A stretch of 64,000 nt of DNA. Origin: Patescibacteria group bacterium (GTDB lineage Bacteria > Patescibacteriota > Microgenomatia > UBA1400 > MFAQ01). Position numbers and translations under genes: made by a program. The notes beneath the pieces were generated by a model. It saw nothing but the letters and a program-made list of their open reading frames with translations. It made no database searches and had not been told where the DNA came from. Below are positions 26,577-35,783 of this stretch, one piece after another. The stretch covers positions 8,590 to 72,589 of the forward strand of contig CALRDV010000003.1 in NCBI GenBank assembly GCA_943355005.1, given 5' to 3'. Position 1 is the stretch's first letter. Each line of letters begins with the position of its first letter.

Positions 26577-28508
26577 TTATACCGCCAAAATTTGGTCTTC
26601 AATCATTTGCGAGTATATTTTTTCGAAGATGTCTCGAATTATGTCCATGTTTAGCGTTTTGTTTCTGGCGATAAACGCCTGAAGGTCAGGCATTAGAAGG
26701 TCTACTCCTTCTTTATTGAAGTGATGATTACTGGTAGGGGATTCTTTCACAATTCCTCCAAGATAGGCCATTTTGCTTCCGGATAGACCCCAGCGTTTGG
26801 CTAGCTGTCTCATGATGTTTGGCTTTAGAGTCTTGTCTTTGCCTCCAATATATATAGCTACATTTCTATAAAAGTTACCCCAATCTTCAGGGTCTACATT
26901 TGAGATATCCCTGAAAGGGGGTGTCATTCTTTCCAAGTTTTTGGAGTCTTGATTCATAGCTGTGCCATTGTTCAGGATTTCGTCCTCTGTTCCTGCAATT
27001 AGTTCTTCGAAATACTCGGCATCATGACCAATATGTTTCTTGAGTTTTGCAATCAAAATGGGTGTCAGTTTAACTGTTTTTATGATCATCCTTCTTAGCT
27101 TATTTAGTCCCATCTCTTGAAGAATGTTTGGCGCTTTGATGAGAACGTTGTCGATACCTTGATTAATAGTGTTGGACTTTACAGCAGTTTTTGGAGAAGC
27201 ATCCTTGTTTTTTCGAAGATAAAACAGCCAAGGATATTCTTTTTTTAGCTCTTCTACATCGTTTTTGTCTCCGACCACGACGGGTGTTAGTGCCACATTC
27301 ATACAAAAAGGGGAGTTGTCTCGGGTGCTGTCGGAGAAGAAGCGACTGGTTTCCTCTCTTTCCGCTACAGTTTTTACCAACTCTTCGTAGAACCTTGAGA
27401 TCTCTGGGTTGATTATTTGAGAAGTAAAAGCGTACCTCATTAGTTTGATGCCCTTTTTCCAATTCTTGGCTGTTTCTTCGGCTTCTACTCGCCAGTTTTT
27501 TCTGTATAGGACCGCTTCAGGTCGATCAAGTAAATTCTCTGCGACTGCGATTTCCAGGGATCGAAGTCCACCCATGGAGTGCCCCAGAGAGATTGCTAGA
27601 GATTTTTGCCACCACGTACCGTTTTCAAGTGATTGGACTTGTTGGAGGTATTTGATGAAGTTTAGAAGCTTAGCTTCGTTGACAGTTGAAAGATAGAAAT
27701 CTTTTTTGAGTGCGAAAAATAGATTTGGTAGCTCGTCCTTCTGGAATTGCACCCAGTTTTCAGCGTGTCTTAGTAGTGTGTTGGTTTTGATGTTTTCTAC
27801 TTGAAGTCCAATTCTGTCGACGGCCTCTAACCACTGGGAAGCAATCTGATCTTGAGTAAACTGGTTTGCGTTTTCATTGTCCATGCTATTGTTGCTACCC
27901 ATGACATCGAGGTTTATGACGAGTGTTTTGGAGAGATCATCTTTTGTGAGAGTCACTCTGTTACCTTGCTTATCTAGGGCTTCAGCCCCTTCAATTTCAC
28001 CATTTAGAAGTTTCATGGCATAGCGCTCGAAGTTCTTACCTTTACCGCCCCAGCCGTGACCCATGATTACAAAGTACTCGGCGTTAGGGATAATTTCATC
28101 TCTGAAAAATTCTTGTCTTTCTTTTTGGTTTTTTTTCTTAGATATACTTTCCAGATACTGCGGATGGGCATAGATAGTATTTGGAGTATCTTTTATCCCT
28201 GGAACATCCGATTCAGTAAGACCTATTCCGGCAACGACCTTGTAGATTGATCCGTCAGCTTCTTTGGCTGTTCTGATAAATACTTCATTCGCGAGCACAT
28301 CGTTTGGCAAGTATTTTAGTTCGGGAGAAAGTTCTCTATTTTGACCCTTTAATCTTATTTGTTCTACAGTTTCGCGGTGAAGAGTGACTCTCGTTTCAGC
28401 ATCAAGAGGGTTATTTGGGTCTAGCTCATCCATCGGATGTGAATACTCCGGTGCTTTGAGAGTTTCCTTTTTGTATTCTTCTTGGTATATAGACAATCCT
28501 TCCGGCAT
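26577..28508 (-). CDS. Large alpha/beta-hydrolase-fold protein
   Basis: GHGWGG oxyanion motif, LGHSMGG nucleophile elbow, GGKDK, C-terminal HH. Confidence 0.7.
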   Translation of the reverse strand: MPEGLSIYQEEYKKETLKAPEYSHPMDELDPNNPLDAETRVTLHRETVEQIRLKGQNRELSPELKYLPNDVLANEVFIRTAKEADGSIYKVVAGIGLTESDVPGIKDTPNTIYAHPQYLESISKKKNQKERQEFFRDEIIPNAEYFVIMGHGWGGKGKNFERYAMKLLNGEIEGAEALDKQGNRVTLTKDDLSKTLVINLDVMGSNNSMDNENANQFTQDQIASQWLEAVDRIGLQVENIKTNTLLRHAENWVQFQKDELPNLFFALKKDFYLSTVNEAKLLNFIKYLQQVQSLENGTWWQKSLAISLGHSMGGLRSLEIAVAENLLDRPEAVLYRKNWRVEAEETAKNWKKGIKLMRYAFTSQIINPEISRFYEELVKTVAEREETSRFFSDSTRDNSPFCMNVALTPVVVGDKNDVEELKKEYPWLFYLRKNKDASPKTAVKSNTINQGIDNVLIKAPNILQEMGLNKLRRMIIKTVKLTPILIAKLKKHIGHDAEYFEELIAGTEDEILNNGTAMNQDSKNLERMTPPFRDISNVDPEDWGNFYRNVAIYIGGKDKTLKPNIMRQLAKRWGLSGSKMAYLGGIVKESPTSNHHFNKEGVDLLMPDLQAFIARNKTLNMDIIRDIFEKIYSQMIEDQILAV

Positions 28509-28556
28509 AAGAATATTTTACCCCATAGACCGCAAAAATGCCCCCTAAGAAGGGGG

Positions 28557-28949
28557 CTAGGTATCGGAGAGGTGGACAAGGAAGCAGGGGGTATTTTCAT
28601 CATAATCGGGCCAACCGAAGTAAATATCGTCTCTGTCGATACTGTGGCTATCGAGTTTGATAGCACCTTTATATTTTCGAATCTTAGCCGTGTAGTATCT
28701 GTCTTTGTGAGGGCTAAGAATAGCTTTCGATAGAATCCAAAGTAAGCCATCTGCCTCAAAGATACTACCAGGGGAGGCATAAAAAGTTTTATCTTCAGAC
28801 ATACTGGAAACTGTGGTTGTATCGTCTGGAAAGTAAGGAGCACATTCTTTGCAGAAAATGCCTTTGGTGATGGGGGAGTCACAGTTAAGACAAATCCCTC
28901 TTTTATTCATGAACGAAACACCAATTAGGGGGTTAAATTTTTGATACAT
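28557..28949 (-). CDS. Hypothetical zinc-ribbon protein (paralog family, copy 2)
   Basis: CLNCDSPIT.GIFCKEC; true start may be the second Met (MNKRG). Confidence 0.65.
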   Translation of the reverse strand: MYQKFNPLIGVSFMNKRGICLNCDSPITKGIFCKECAPYFPDDTTTVSSMSEDKTFYASPGSIFEADGLLWILSKAILSPHKDRYYTAKIRKYKGAIKLDSHSIDRDDIYFGWPDYDENTPCFLVHLSDT

Positions 28950-28951
28950 AT

Positions 28952-29365
28952 TTAACTCTTCATCCGAGTTAGAACCGCCATAAAATAATTTGTTTCAGTT
29001 TCATCCGTAAGCGTGTCTTGAAATACAAGGTCGGAACTGAGAGTGTTGTAGTCTACTTCAATAATGGAGGTAAGACTTTTTCGTATCCGTACACAGTATT
29101 TTTCATTTGTATATGGAGTTACTTGAGCGGTTCTCAAAATCCATATATTACCGATCTCTTCCATAAAGGCATCAGGGGTTGTGTAGCCTTCTTCCAAAAA
29201 GTCCATCTCTAAAATTGTTTTAATTTTGCTTATTGTCTCGTCGTCTGCTGGACTGTCCAGGAAACATGACGAACACAGAATGCCGGAGGTGATGGGGTGG
29301 TCGCAGTTAAGGCACTGCCCTGAACTAAAAACTGGATTGGACATAATTTCTCCTTGGAATTTCAA
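28952..29365 (-). CDS. Hypothetical zinc-ribbon protein (paralog family, copy 3)
   Basis: CLNCDHPIT.GILCSSC; likely start MSNPV after an AAGGAG RBS. Confidence 0.65.
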   Translation of the reverse strand: MKFQGEIMSNPVFSSGQCLNCDHPITSGILCSSCFLDSPADDETISKIKTILEMDFLEEGYTTPDAFMEEIGNIWILRTAQVTPYTNEKYCVRIRKSLTSIIEVDYNTLSSDLVFQDTLTDETETNYFMAVLTRMKS

Positions 29366-29455
29366 AGTAGTTTCTTCGTATTATAGCTTGCTTTACTAAA
29401 TATTTTTTTGGGTTAGGTAAATGAGGGTAAATAATGTAAAATACTATGTGTGTTT

Positions 29456-29528
29456 GCCGTCGTAGCTCAGCTGGCAGAGCGCGTTCTTGGTAAGAACGAG
29501 GTGTTGGGTTCGACCCCCAACGACGGCT
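29456..29528 (+). tRNA. tRNA-Thr(GGT)
   Basis: GCCGTCG/CGACGGC stem, CGTTC-TTGGTAA-GAACG anticodon arm, GGTTCGACCCC. Confidence 0.96.
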
Positions 29529-29545
29529 CCCTGACTCAGCCTTAT

Positions 29546-29631
29546 GCCGAGGTGGTAGAGTGGTCAAATACTCGGGTCTGTAAAACCCGCGGCGCAAGCC
29601 TACACAGGTTCGAACCCTGTCCTCGGCACCA
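29546..29631 (+). tRNA. tRNA-Tyr(GTA)
   Basis: GCCGAGG/CCTCGGC stem, CGGGT-CTGTAAA-ACCCG arm, long variable arm, CCA. Confidence 0.96.
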
Positions 29632-29635
29632 TAAA

Positions 29636-29666
29636 AGAATTTCCCCTTTACGGAGAAATTTTTTTA
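29636..29666 (+). terminator. Intrinsic terminator after the tRNAs
   Basis: AATTTCCCC-TTTAC-GGAGAAATT hairpin followed by a T tract. Confidence 0.6.
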
Positions 29667-29999
29667 TGGACCTCGTACAGGGTTCTTCTCACCCCCTCAT
29701 GTAACTATCTGCTGATAGTTCATTCGGACCTGGCTCGGTGTCGTCACGCCTCCGCCTCTCTTCATATTTGCTCTTGATCCTCAAAATCTCCTCAAGGGAT
29801 ATTTTTAGGGAGCAACTATTCAGAGCCTCGGCACTAAATAAATATCCTCCCCTCGCGGGAGGATATTTTATTTTGTAATTAGACAGGGTTCGAACATGCC
29901 GGAGCAGAACCCGTAACGGTTTTTGCGAGGCGGGGTGAGGCGAAGCTAATGCTGAGACCGAACCTCGAACCCCCAATCAATTCGGTATTAATCTATATA

Positions 30000-30023
30000 G
30001 ATTCCCGCCTTCGCGGGAATGAC
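30000..30023 (+). repeat. Palindromic repeat family A (GATTCC..GGAATGAC; dRS3/RPE-like)
   Basis: GATTCCCGCCTTCGCGGGAATGAC. Confidence 0.85.
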
Positions 30024-30049
30024 AAGAATGGATTTGCTATTATTAATGC

Positions 30050-30334
30050 ATGAACAAGTTACAATCCATGACGATTGGAGGAATATTACTAAGTGGTGTA
30101 TTGCTAGGTGGATGTGGTCCGGTTGCTGAGACGACGGAGGTGGTCGTGGAAAGTCCAACTCAAACTTTTACGGGAACAGTGTCCGGCACAGGTCCAAATT
30201 ACGCTATAACTGTAAACGGTAAAATGACGGAAATTACCAGCCGTAAAGTAGATTTGAGTAAGTATGTCGGAAAGACAGCTACAGTAACAGGGGAGTTTAG
30301 TGGAACAACTTTGTATGTAGACGAAGCGAAGTAA
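30050..30334 (+). CDS. Small lipoprotein
   Basis: Lipobox LGGC after a hydrophobic stretch; OB-fold-like beta pattern. Confidence 0.7.
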   Translation: MNKLQSMTIGGILLSGVLLGGCGPVAETTEVVVESPTQTFTGTVSGTGPNYAITVNGKMTEITSRKVDLSKYVGKTATVTGEFSGTTLYVDEAK

Positions 30335-30352
30335 TTTCTAAGATTACCTAAT

Positions 30353-30379
30353 AAAAAACCCGCTTATGGCGGGTTTTTT
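30353..30379. terminator. Bidirectional intrinsic terminator
   Basis: AAAAAACCCGC-TTATG-GCGGGTTTTTT between convergent genes. Confidence 0.8.
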
Positions 30380-30387
30380 GTGATTGA

Positions 30388-31641
30388 TTAAAAGCCGGGG
30401 GATTTGTACAGGACCTCTTTGGTAGTGGCGTTCATCTGGATGATGAGGACGTCCTTGGTGTCACCGGCGGGATCGTAGGCCAGTTGCCAGATAGAGTTGA
30501 GGCCTGACTTGATGTATTGAGCTTTAACCGTAGCCGTACTGCATAGGCCACTGGTACACAGTGGGTTGGCAATCTTGAAGGCTTCGTCCAGATCCATACC
30601 TAGCGTGCTGCCAACCACCATGTCGTTGAGTGAAGGGATATTGTTGTCTGGGGTAACGTAGATGGCTTTGTCTATTACTTCAGGCTCCTTTCCTCCTGCA
30701 ATTAAGACATAGAAATATTTCTTGGTTGTGAGGTCCTGTCTGAAAAAGTATTTGGTAGATGCCAAAATTGGATTTGAAGCGTTTTCGGTTTTGACTAAAA
30801 TTAATTGAGCATTTGGTAGATGATTTATTGCAACCTTTAGAGCTCTTGAGGCATCAGCTAATGGCATTATAGTAGAGGTAGCCGAGAGAGTAGCAATAGA
30901 AGGTGTAGGTGTTAAAAAGATATTCGGAGTTGGAGTAGCACTGGGGGTGGCACTTTCGGTGGCTTCCATTGAAGGAGTAGGAGTAGTGAATTCAATGACG
31001 GAAGAGGTGGGAGTGGGAGTAACGGTAGTGTTTTGACTGTTTAATGTTTGAGTTATCTCACCAAGCTGTTGTTTTAGCTGACTGGATTGTGAAAGAAGAA
31101 AAACAACTCCGGCAATAGAAATGCCGGCGATCAAGAGAAGAACTATGGTAATGAGAGAACCAAAAGATGAACCACCTTTGGGGACTATCGTAGCAGGAAC
31201 TTCTATGGGCGCTGGAGGTATAGCTGGGGCTTGGTACACGGGCTGAGAAACGGGAGTCGGTGCATCGTAAGTGTCAGGAGCGGGGGTGTTGCTGGATGTA
31301 AAAGCAGAGGAGGAATAATCAGGTGCAGCTTCGGCCGCTGAGGTAGGAGTCGGTTCTGTCATTGGGTCCGGAATAGATTCGATTGCCGGTGTGGCAGATA
31401 TCATGGATGGAATTTCATCCGGAGTTTCTTCAAAAGATGGAGCTTGTTTAATGGGTTCGGGATTGGAAAGAGTATCGTTTGGCGTGGAAACAATTGGCTC
31501 ATCGGAAATCTTGTCAGGAATGGGAGCGTTAATATCCTCGAGGATAGATGTTTCGTTAGGAGTTGTGGTTGTATTAGGTGCTGTAGTGTCTGTGCTTGGT
31601 ACTACAGGTGTAGGAAATTGGCCGAGGTCGTCGTTTGGCAT
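30388..31641 (-). CDS. Pro/Thr-rich single-TM hypothetical protein
   Basis: Disordered acidic N-terminus, one TM, TPTP repeats, globular C-terminus. Confidence 0.7.
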   Translation of the reverse strand: MPNDDLGQFPTPVVPSTDTTAPNTTTTPNETSILEDINAPIPDKISDEPIVSTPNDTLSNPEPIKQAPSFEETPDEIPSMISATPAIESIPDPMTEPTPTSAAEAAPDYSSSAFTSSNTPAPDTYDAPTPVSQPVYQAPAIPPAPIEVPATIVPKGGSSFGSLITIVLLLIAGISIAGVVFLLSQSSQLKQQLGEITQTLNSQNTTVTPTPTSSVIEFTTPTPSMEATESATPSATPTPNIFLTPTPSIATLSATSTIMPLADASRALKVAINHLPNAQLILVKTENASNPILASTKYFFRQDLTTKKYFYVLIAGGKEPEVIDKAIYVTPDNNIPSLNDMVVGSTLGMDLDEAFKIANPLCTSGLCSTATVKAQYIKSGLNSIWQLAYDPAGDTKDVLIIQMNATTKEVLYKSPGF

Positions 31642-31700
31642 GGTGAATTCAGTATGGCAAAAAAGAATGGTGGTGTCAACTTATCTGTACATTTTGAATC

Positions 31701-32057
31701 TTATTCGTTCCAAAATATTTCATCTTCGGAATTAGAAATTCCTATTTTGGGTTTAGTGGCGCCTTCCCAAATATCTTCAAGAGTGTAATTGCAATGGAGA
31801 CGATCTTTGTAGCTCGATTGCTGTGACATTTGTAAGAGGGTTTCTGCATAGAGTTTATCTTCTAAATCCCAATTTTTGTGATCTGGTGCAAGATTGGCAA
31901 TGTAACCCTTTTTCTTACCCACATTTCCGAACCCTGGGGCGTATAGATCAGCACCGGCGGCTAATATGCCATTTGGAGAGCTTACAACTTCCCAGTGTGT
32001 AACTTCTGGTGGTTTAATTCTCCTGGGCTCTCTTTCTCTGTTTCCAAATAATGGCAT
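31701..32057 (-). CDS. Hypothetical protein
   Basis: 118-aa ORF with ATG start, fills an intergenic gap. Confidence 0.6.
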   Translation of the reverse strand: MPLFGNREREPRRIKPPEVTHWEVVSSPNGILAAGADLYAPGFGNVGKKKGYIANLAPDHKNWDLEDKLYAETLLQMSQQSSYKDRLHCNYTLEDIWEGATKPKIGISNSEDEIFWNE

Positions 32058-32111
32058 AATGGCAAAATTATACCATTATGGGTTTTTGATGGCTGTTTTT
32101 AGGAGGCTTCT

Positions 32112-33023
32112 CTAGAATTTTACAGATACAATCTTCTCACCAGTTGGATTTTGGTTAGTTGGTTTGTTGAGTCTGGAAATCGTGATTTGATTTTTGCCTA
32201 AAGGTGTAAAGGTCGCTCCTTGGTCCATGGGGTGGAAGATCTCGATATTTGGTGAGTTGTATACAATCTTAGGAACCAGGTCTCTTTCGCTTACGGCAGA
32301 TATCTGATAACTAATATAACCAGGATACAGCCGTCCATTTACCTCGGTTTGCTTTTGAGTGATAATCAAGTAAGTGTCGTTAAACGGGTCGAATATGATT
32401 TTTGTAAGGGTGTAATCGCCGTTTATAATTTTGTCTAAATTTATTTCGGACATAACTGTTTCGTCGCTATTAGATATGTAGTATTTGTTGGCTTGATTAT
32501 CTGCAAATAGGAAGTTGGAGAGGTCTCCAGAGTGGGTGTAGAGGACGAGATTGCTGTTCTTGGGCTGATACTTATAAACATGATCCGTATTCAAGTCGTA
32601 GGAAACGATTTCCATTTTTTTATACTCGTTTAGTCTATAAATACTAAGAATAGAATCACCTATCCAGCCACGGACGTCACTTTCTCGAAAACCCATGGAA
32701 GAGGAACAGTTTACTTCCGAAAAACCCAAGATAGACTCGGTATCTACGGGAGTGTCGTTTTTGAATATGTTCAATAGACATTTATCTGATGTGGCAACCG
32801 ACGTGAGCAAATAGACGTATTTTTTGTCGTGAGAAGTTGACAATTCCGGTGTATATCCAAAGGTATTATCTTCAATTTGTGGGTCTTTGGTGTCTTCAGT
32901 AGATGTTTGAGATTTTATGGGTTCGGCACAAAATGAACAAAGAAGATTAAACTTAACTAAAAGGAGAAATATCAAGCCTGCTGAAACTAAAAATAAGAGG
33001 ATGTTCCTAATTTTTTTTGCCAT
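32112..33023 (-). CDS. Hypothetical N-terminally anchored secreted protein
   Basis: N-terminal TM helix and a beta-rich body. Confidence 0.65.
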   Translation of the reverse strand: MAKKIRNILLFLVSAGLIFLLLVKFNLLCSFCAEPIKSQTSTEDTKDPQIEDNTFGYTPELSTSHDKKYVYLLTSVATSDKCLLNIFKNDTPVDTESILGFSEVNCSSSMGFRESDVRGWIGDSILSIYRLNEYKKMEIVSYDLNTDHVYKYQPKNSNLVLYTHSGDLSNFLFADNQANKYYISNSDETVMSEINLDKIINGDYTLTKIIFDPFNDTYLIITQKQTEVNGRLYPGYISYQISAVSERDLVPKIVYNSPNIEIFHPMDQGATFTPLGKNQITISRLNKPTNQNPTGEKIVSVKF

Positions 33024-33048
33024 ATTTTGATTATAGACGGCAGTATTG

Positions 33049-33702
33049 TTAGGTGTGAACTAAATAGTTTCTGGAGGATTTGTCGACGATTAGATTCAGT
33101 CCTGCCTCACGAAGGAGGTCTTGCAGGTAGGGTTTGGTGTGCGCAAAGTGGAATCGGGGTTTGTTTTGAAAAGGGATGTAGAGATGTTTAAGGTTTTTTG
33201 TTTTAAGTTTTAAGTTCAGGCTTTGGGTATTAAAGTGGTGTTTGAGTAGTTTAGGTTGCCAGAGGTTCCAGGCGGTGATTAAACATTTTCCTCCAGGTTT
33301 GAGGTGAATTTTAATTTGTTTGAGTACAAAAAGCTGGTCTTTTCTGGTTTCCAAATGATGAATGACGGCTATACAGAATATGTAATCAAATTGGGTGAGG
33401 TGTTTCCAAACAACTGGTTTAGTAATATCGGTTTCCAGAAAACGTGCTTTTGGGTGGGTTTCCACAGCTCTCTCAAGAAGTACTGTAGAGAAATCGATGC
33501 CGGTGTAATTAATTTCTTTGGGAAGCCCCAAGAGAAGGCGACCATTGCCGCAGCCAACGTCTAGGACGCTGGCGTTTTCTTTTACTTCCATTAGAAATGG
33601 TTTCATATCCGGCCAGATATAGCCACGAGAGGCGGAAAAGTTGACTCCTATATCGTTGTAGGTATCCTTAAGAGAATCGCTTTCAGATTTTTGGGCAGAC
33701 AT
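33049..33702 (-). CDS. Class I SAM methyltransferase (Trm9/ALKBH8-like features)
   Basis: YNDIGVNFSASR..IWP, VLDVGCGNGR, CIAVIHHL, LKPGG. Confidence 0.8.
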   Translation of the reverse strand: MSAQKSESDSLKDTYNDIGVNFSASRGYIWPDMKPFLMEVKENASVLDVGCGNGRLLLGLPKEINYTGIDFSTVLLERAVETHPKARFLETDITKPVVWKHLTQFDYIFCIAVIHHLETRKDQLFVLKQIKIHLKPGGKCLITAWNLWQPKLLKHHFNTQSLNLKLKTKNLKHLYIPFQNKPRFHFAHTKPYLQDLLREAGLNLIVDKSSRNYLVHT

Positions 33703-33801
33703 GGGTTTATTTTACACCCGTCCTATAGCTTGATGTATTGAATGTTTTGAGGTATTATTCCCCCAAGGAAAGAAGTAACTTGAAAAATAATTGGAGGTAG
33801 T

Positions 33802-34407
33802 ATGGCACTGATCAGATGTGACGATTTGAACGCAATAATTTTGGTAATTAGAAAGTCTGTTCATCAAGTCAGCAGTGTTTTGGGAGTTGAGATTGATCCT
33901 GATTCAGTGGATTATATAGCCTCAGCAGCCAAAGCGATGGAAGGGGAAATTTCATTTGAAGGTAATGATTGTGATGCAGATGATGAGCATAAGCAGGCGA
34001 TTAGATTTGTTTTGTCGGCTGTTGATTTTTGTGGTGTACCAATCGTCGATGAATTGATACTGGAAATGCTAGAAAATAAGGACAGATGTTCGTTTACGGG
34101 TTTCTCTGAACAAGATTTGTCAAAAATCGGACGTGAGCAAATAGTTCACAATTCGGCAATGGTAGTAAGTCCTAAGCAATTGAAGAAGGATTACACCTAC
34201 TTTCGCTTTGTAGATGAGAAGCCAGCTTCGTTACTTGTGGTGGTGGAGGTGAAGAACAGGTCTCTTGTTTTTTATGACCCGTTAGATATATTTAAATTAC
34301 GTCAAGAGCTCTCACTTTCTTCAGTTGGAATAATGCCATACCCAAATGGTACGTGGAATGTTTGGAACTGGCTTGAAGAAGCTTATCTGTCAACTGAAAT
34401 TGAATAA
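33802..34407 (+). CDS. Hypothetical protein
   Basis: GGAGG RBS, terminator hairpin downstream. Confidence 0.65.
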   Translation: MALIRCDDLNAIILVIRKSVHQVSSVLGVEIDPDSVDYIASAAKAMEGEISFEGNDCDADDEHKQAIRFVLSAVDFCGVPIVDELILEMLENKDRCSFTGFSEQDLSKIGREQIVHNSAMVVSPKQLKKDYTYFRFVDEKPASLLVVVEVKNRSLVFYDPLDIFKLRQELSLSSVGIMPYPNGTWNVWNWLEEAYLSTEIE

Positions 34408-34446
34408 AACATAAATCAAAAGGACCCCTAGTTGGGGCCCTTTTTT

Positions 34447-34866
34447 TTATTGGTAAGGTGTACTACTTTTTGAGTATGCAACGTAGTTGGTTACGGTTCC
34501 CGATCTTTTTGTAATTGAACCTAACAAGAAGATCATTCCGATTCCTGGTAAGAAACCATGTAAGTATCCTTCGAGAAATGTTGTTTCAAAGCGGTAACTT
34601 TCGATGAGTCCGTTTACTATTCCAACCAGGACATTAAATAGGGCAATTTGCCATCCATAAAGGGTGGATTGACCTATTGTCAATTCCCAGCTAAATAGGA
34701 CGAACTGTCCTATGGTAAGAAGAATTAACGCTCCAGTTTTAACTCCGTCAAAGAAGGGGTAATCAAAGAACCACTTGCCTGCCAGCCCGAAGGCTATAAG
34801 CAAAAAAAATATTGTGGCTACAATGAGATCCATCTTGTTTATTGCTTCAACAATTATTGGGCCCAT
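34447..34866 (-). CDS. Hypothetical membrane protein (about 4 TM)
   Basis: AAGGAGG RBS, hydrophobic helices, own sigma70 promoter. Confidence 0.65.
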   Translation of the reverse strand: MGPIIVEAINKMDLIVATIFFLLIAFGLAGKWFFDYPFFDGVKTGALILLTIGQFVLFSWELTIGQSTLYGWQIALFNVLVGIVNGLIESYRFETTFLEGYLHGFLPGIGMIFLLGSITKRSGTVTNYVAYSKSSTPYQ

Positions 34867-35009
34867 TTTGCCCTCCTTATTTTGTTTAGATTTTAGGCTT
34901 ACGCAATTGTTGGTATTTTAACACAAATATGCCTAATTGTCAAGTTATAGGGTGATATTTAGGCACAAAAAGCCCCGCCGAGAGGCGGGGTGGTTAGGTG
35001 AAACAGAGG

Positions 35010-35717
35010 CTATTTGACGAGGGTGCCGACTTTTTCACCCCGAAGGATTCTTTCGATATTCTCAAGGTCGTCGACATCAAACACAATGATTGGAATTTGC
35101 ATCCTTTTGCAGATTGCAAAGGCAGTGTCATCCATTACCATTAGGCCTTTTATAAGTGCTTCCTGGTATCCCAGCTCCTGGAACATGGTGGCATTTGGAT
35201 TCTTTTTTGGATCCGAGTCATACACGCCTTTTACGTTGCTTCCTTTAAGTAAGACGTCACAGTCGAGCTCGGCAGCCATGCGGGCGGCGGTGGTATCTGT
35301 TGTGAAAAATGGGATGCCTGAGCCGCCGGCAAGAATGGTGATGATGCCTCGGTCTAAGTGCTGTATAGCCTTGAGTCGAATGTAGGGTTCACAAGCTTGG
35401 TCGGTATGGAGTGATGACATGACTCTGGATGGCACACCGATAGCTTTCAACTTACCTTGAAGAGCTAAACCATTCATGATGGTTCCCAGCATACCAATGG
35501 TATCTGCTTGGGCTCGATCAAAGTTTGGGTCCGATAAGTTTATTCCTCGAAAAAGATTTCCTCCTCCAACAACTATTGCTAGTTCAATTTCGTAGTTGTT
35601 CTTAAGGTGTTTGAGATAGTTGGCAACCCGCTGAACCCTTAGGAAATCGATTCCTAATTGGCCTGGTGTACCCAAAAGTTCTCCGGTCAACTTCAATAAG
35701 ACGCGTCTGTAAATCAT
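35010..35717 (-). CDS. pyrH: UMP kinase
   Basis: RVLLKLTGE, VVGGGNLFRG, PFFTTDT, GVYDSDP, VMDDTA. Confidence 0.95.
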   Translation of the reverse strand: MIYRRVLLKLTGELLGTPGQLGIDFLRVQRVANYLKHLKNNYEIELAIVVGGGNLFRGINLSDPNFDRAQADTIGMLGTIMNGLALQGKLKAIGVPSRVMSSLHTDQACEPYIRLKAIQHLDRGIITILAGGSGIPFFTTDTTAARMAAELDCDVLLKGSNVKGVYDSDPKKNPNATMFQELGYQEALIKGLMVMDDTAFAICKRMQIPIIVFDVDDLENIERILRGEKVGTLVK

Positions 35718-35783
35718 TCATGCCTCCTAAACTTTAAAGTGCTTCTCGTTCACTATAAATTATACATAGGGTAAAATTGCTAA

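Noticed and set aside
25573-29631. Possible prophage or integrative element between the tRNAs
   Set aside because: No integrase, phage structural gene or direct att repeat visible; kept only as a variable region
29325-29704. ORFs 29325..29597 and 29450..29704
   Set aside because: They overlap tRNA-Thr and tRNA-Tyr; spurious
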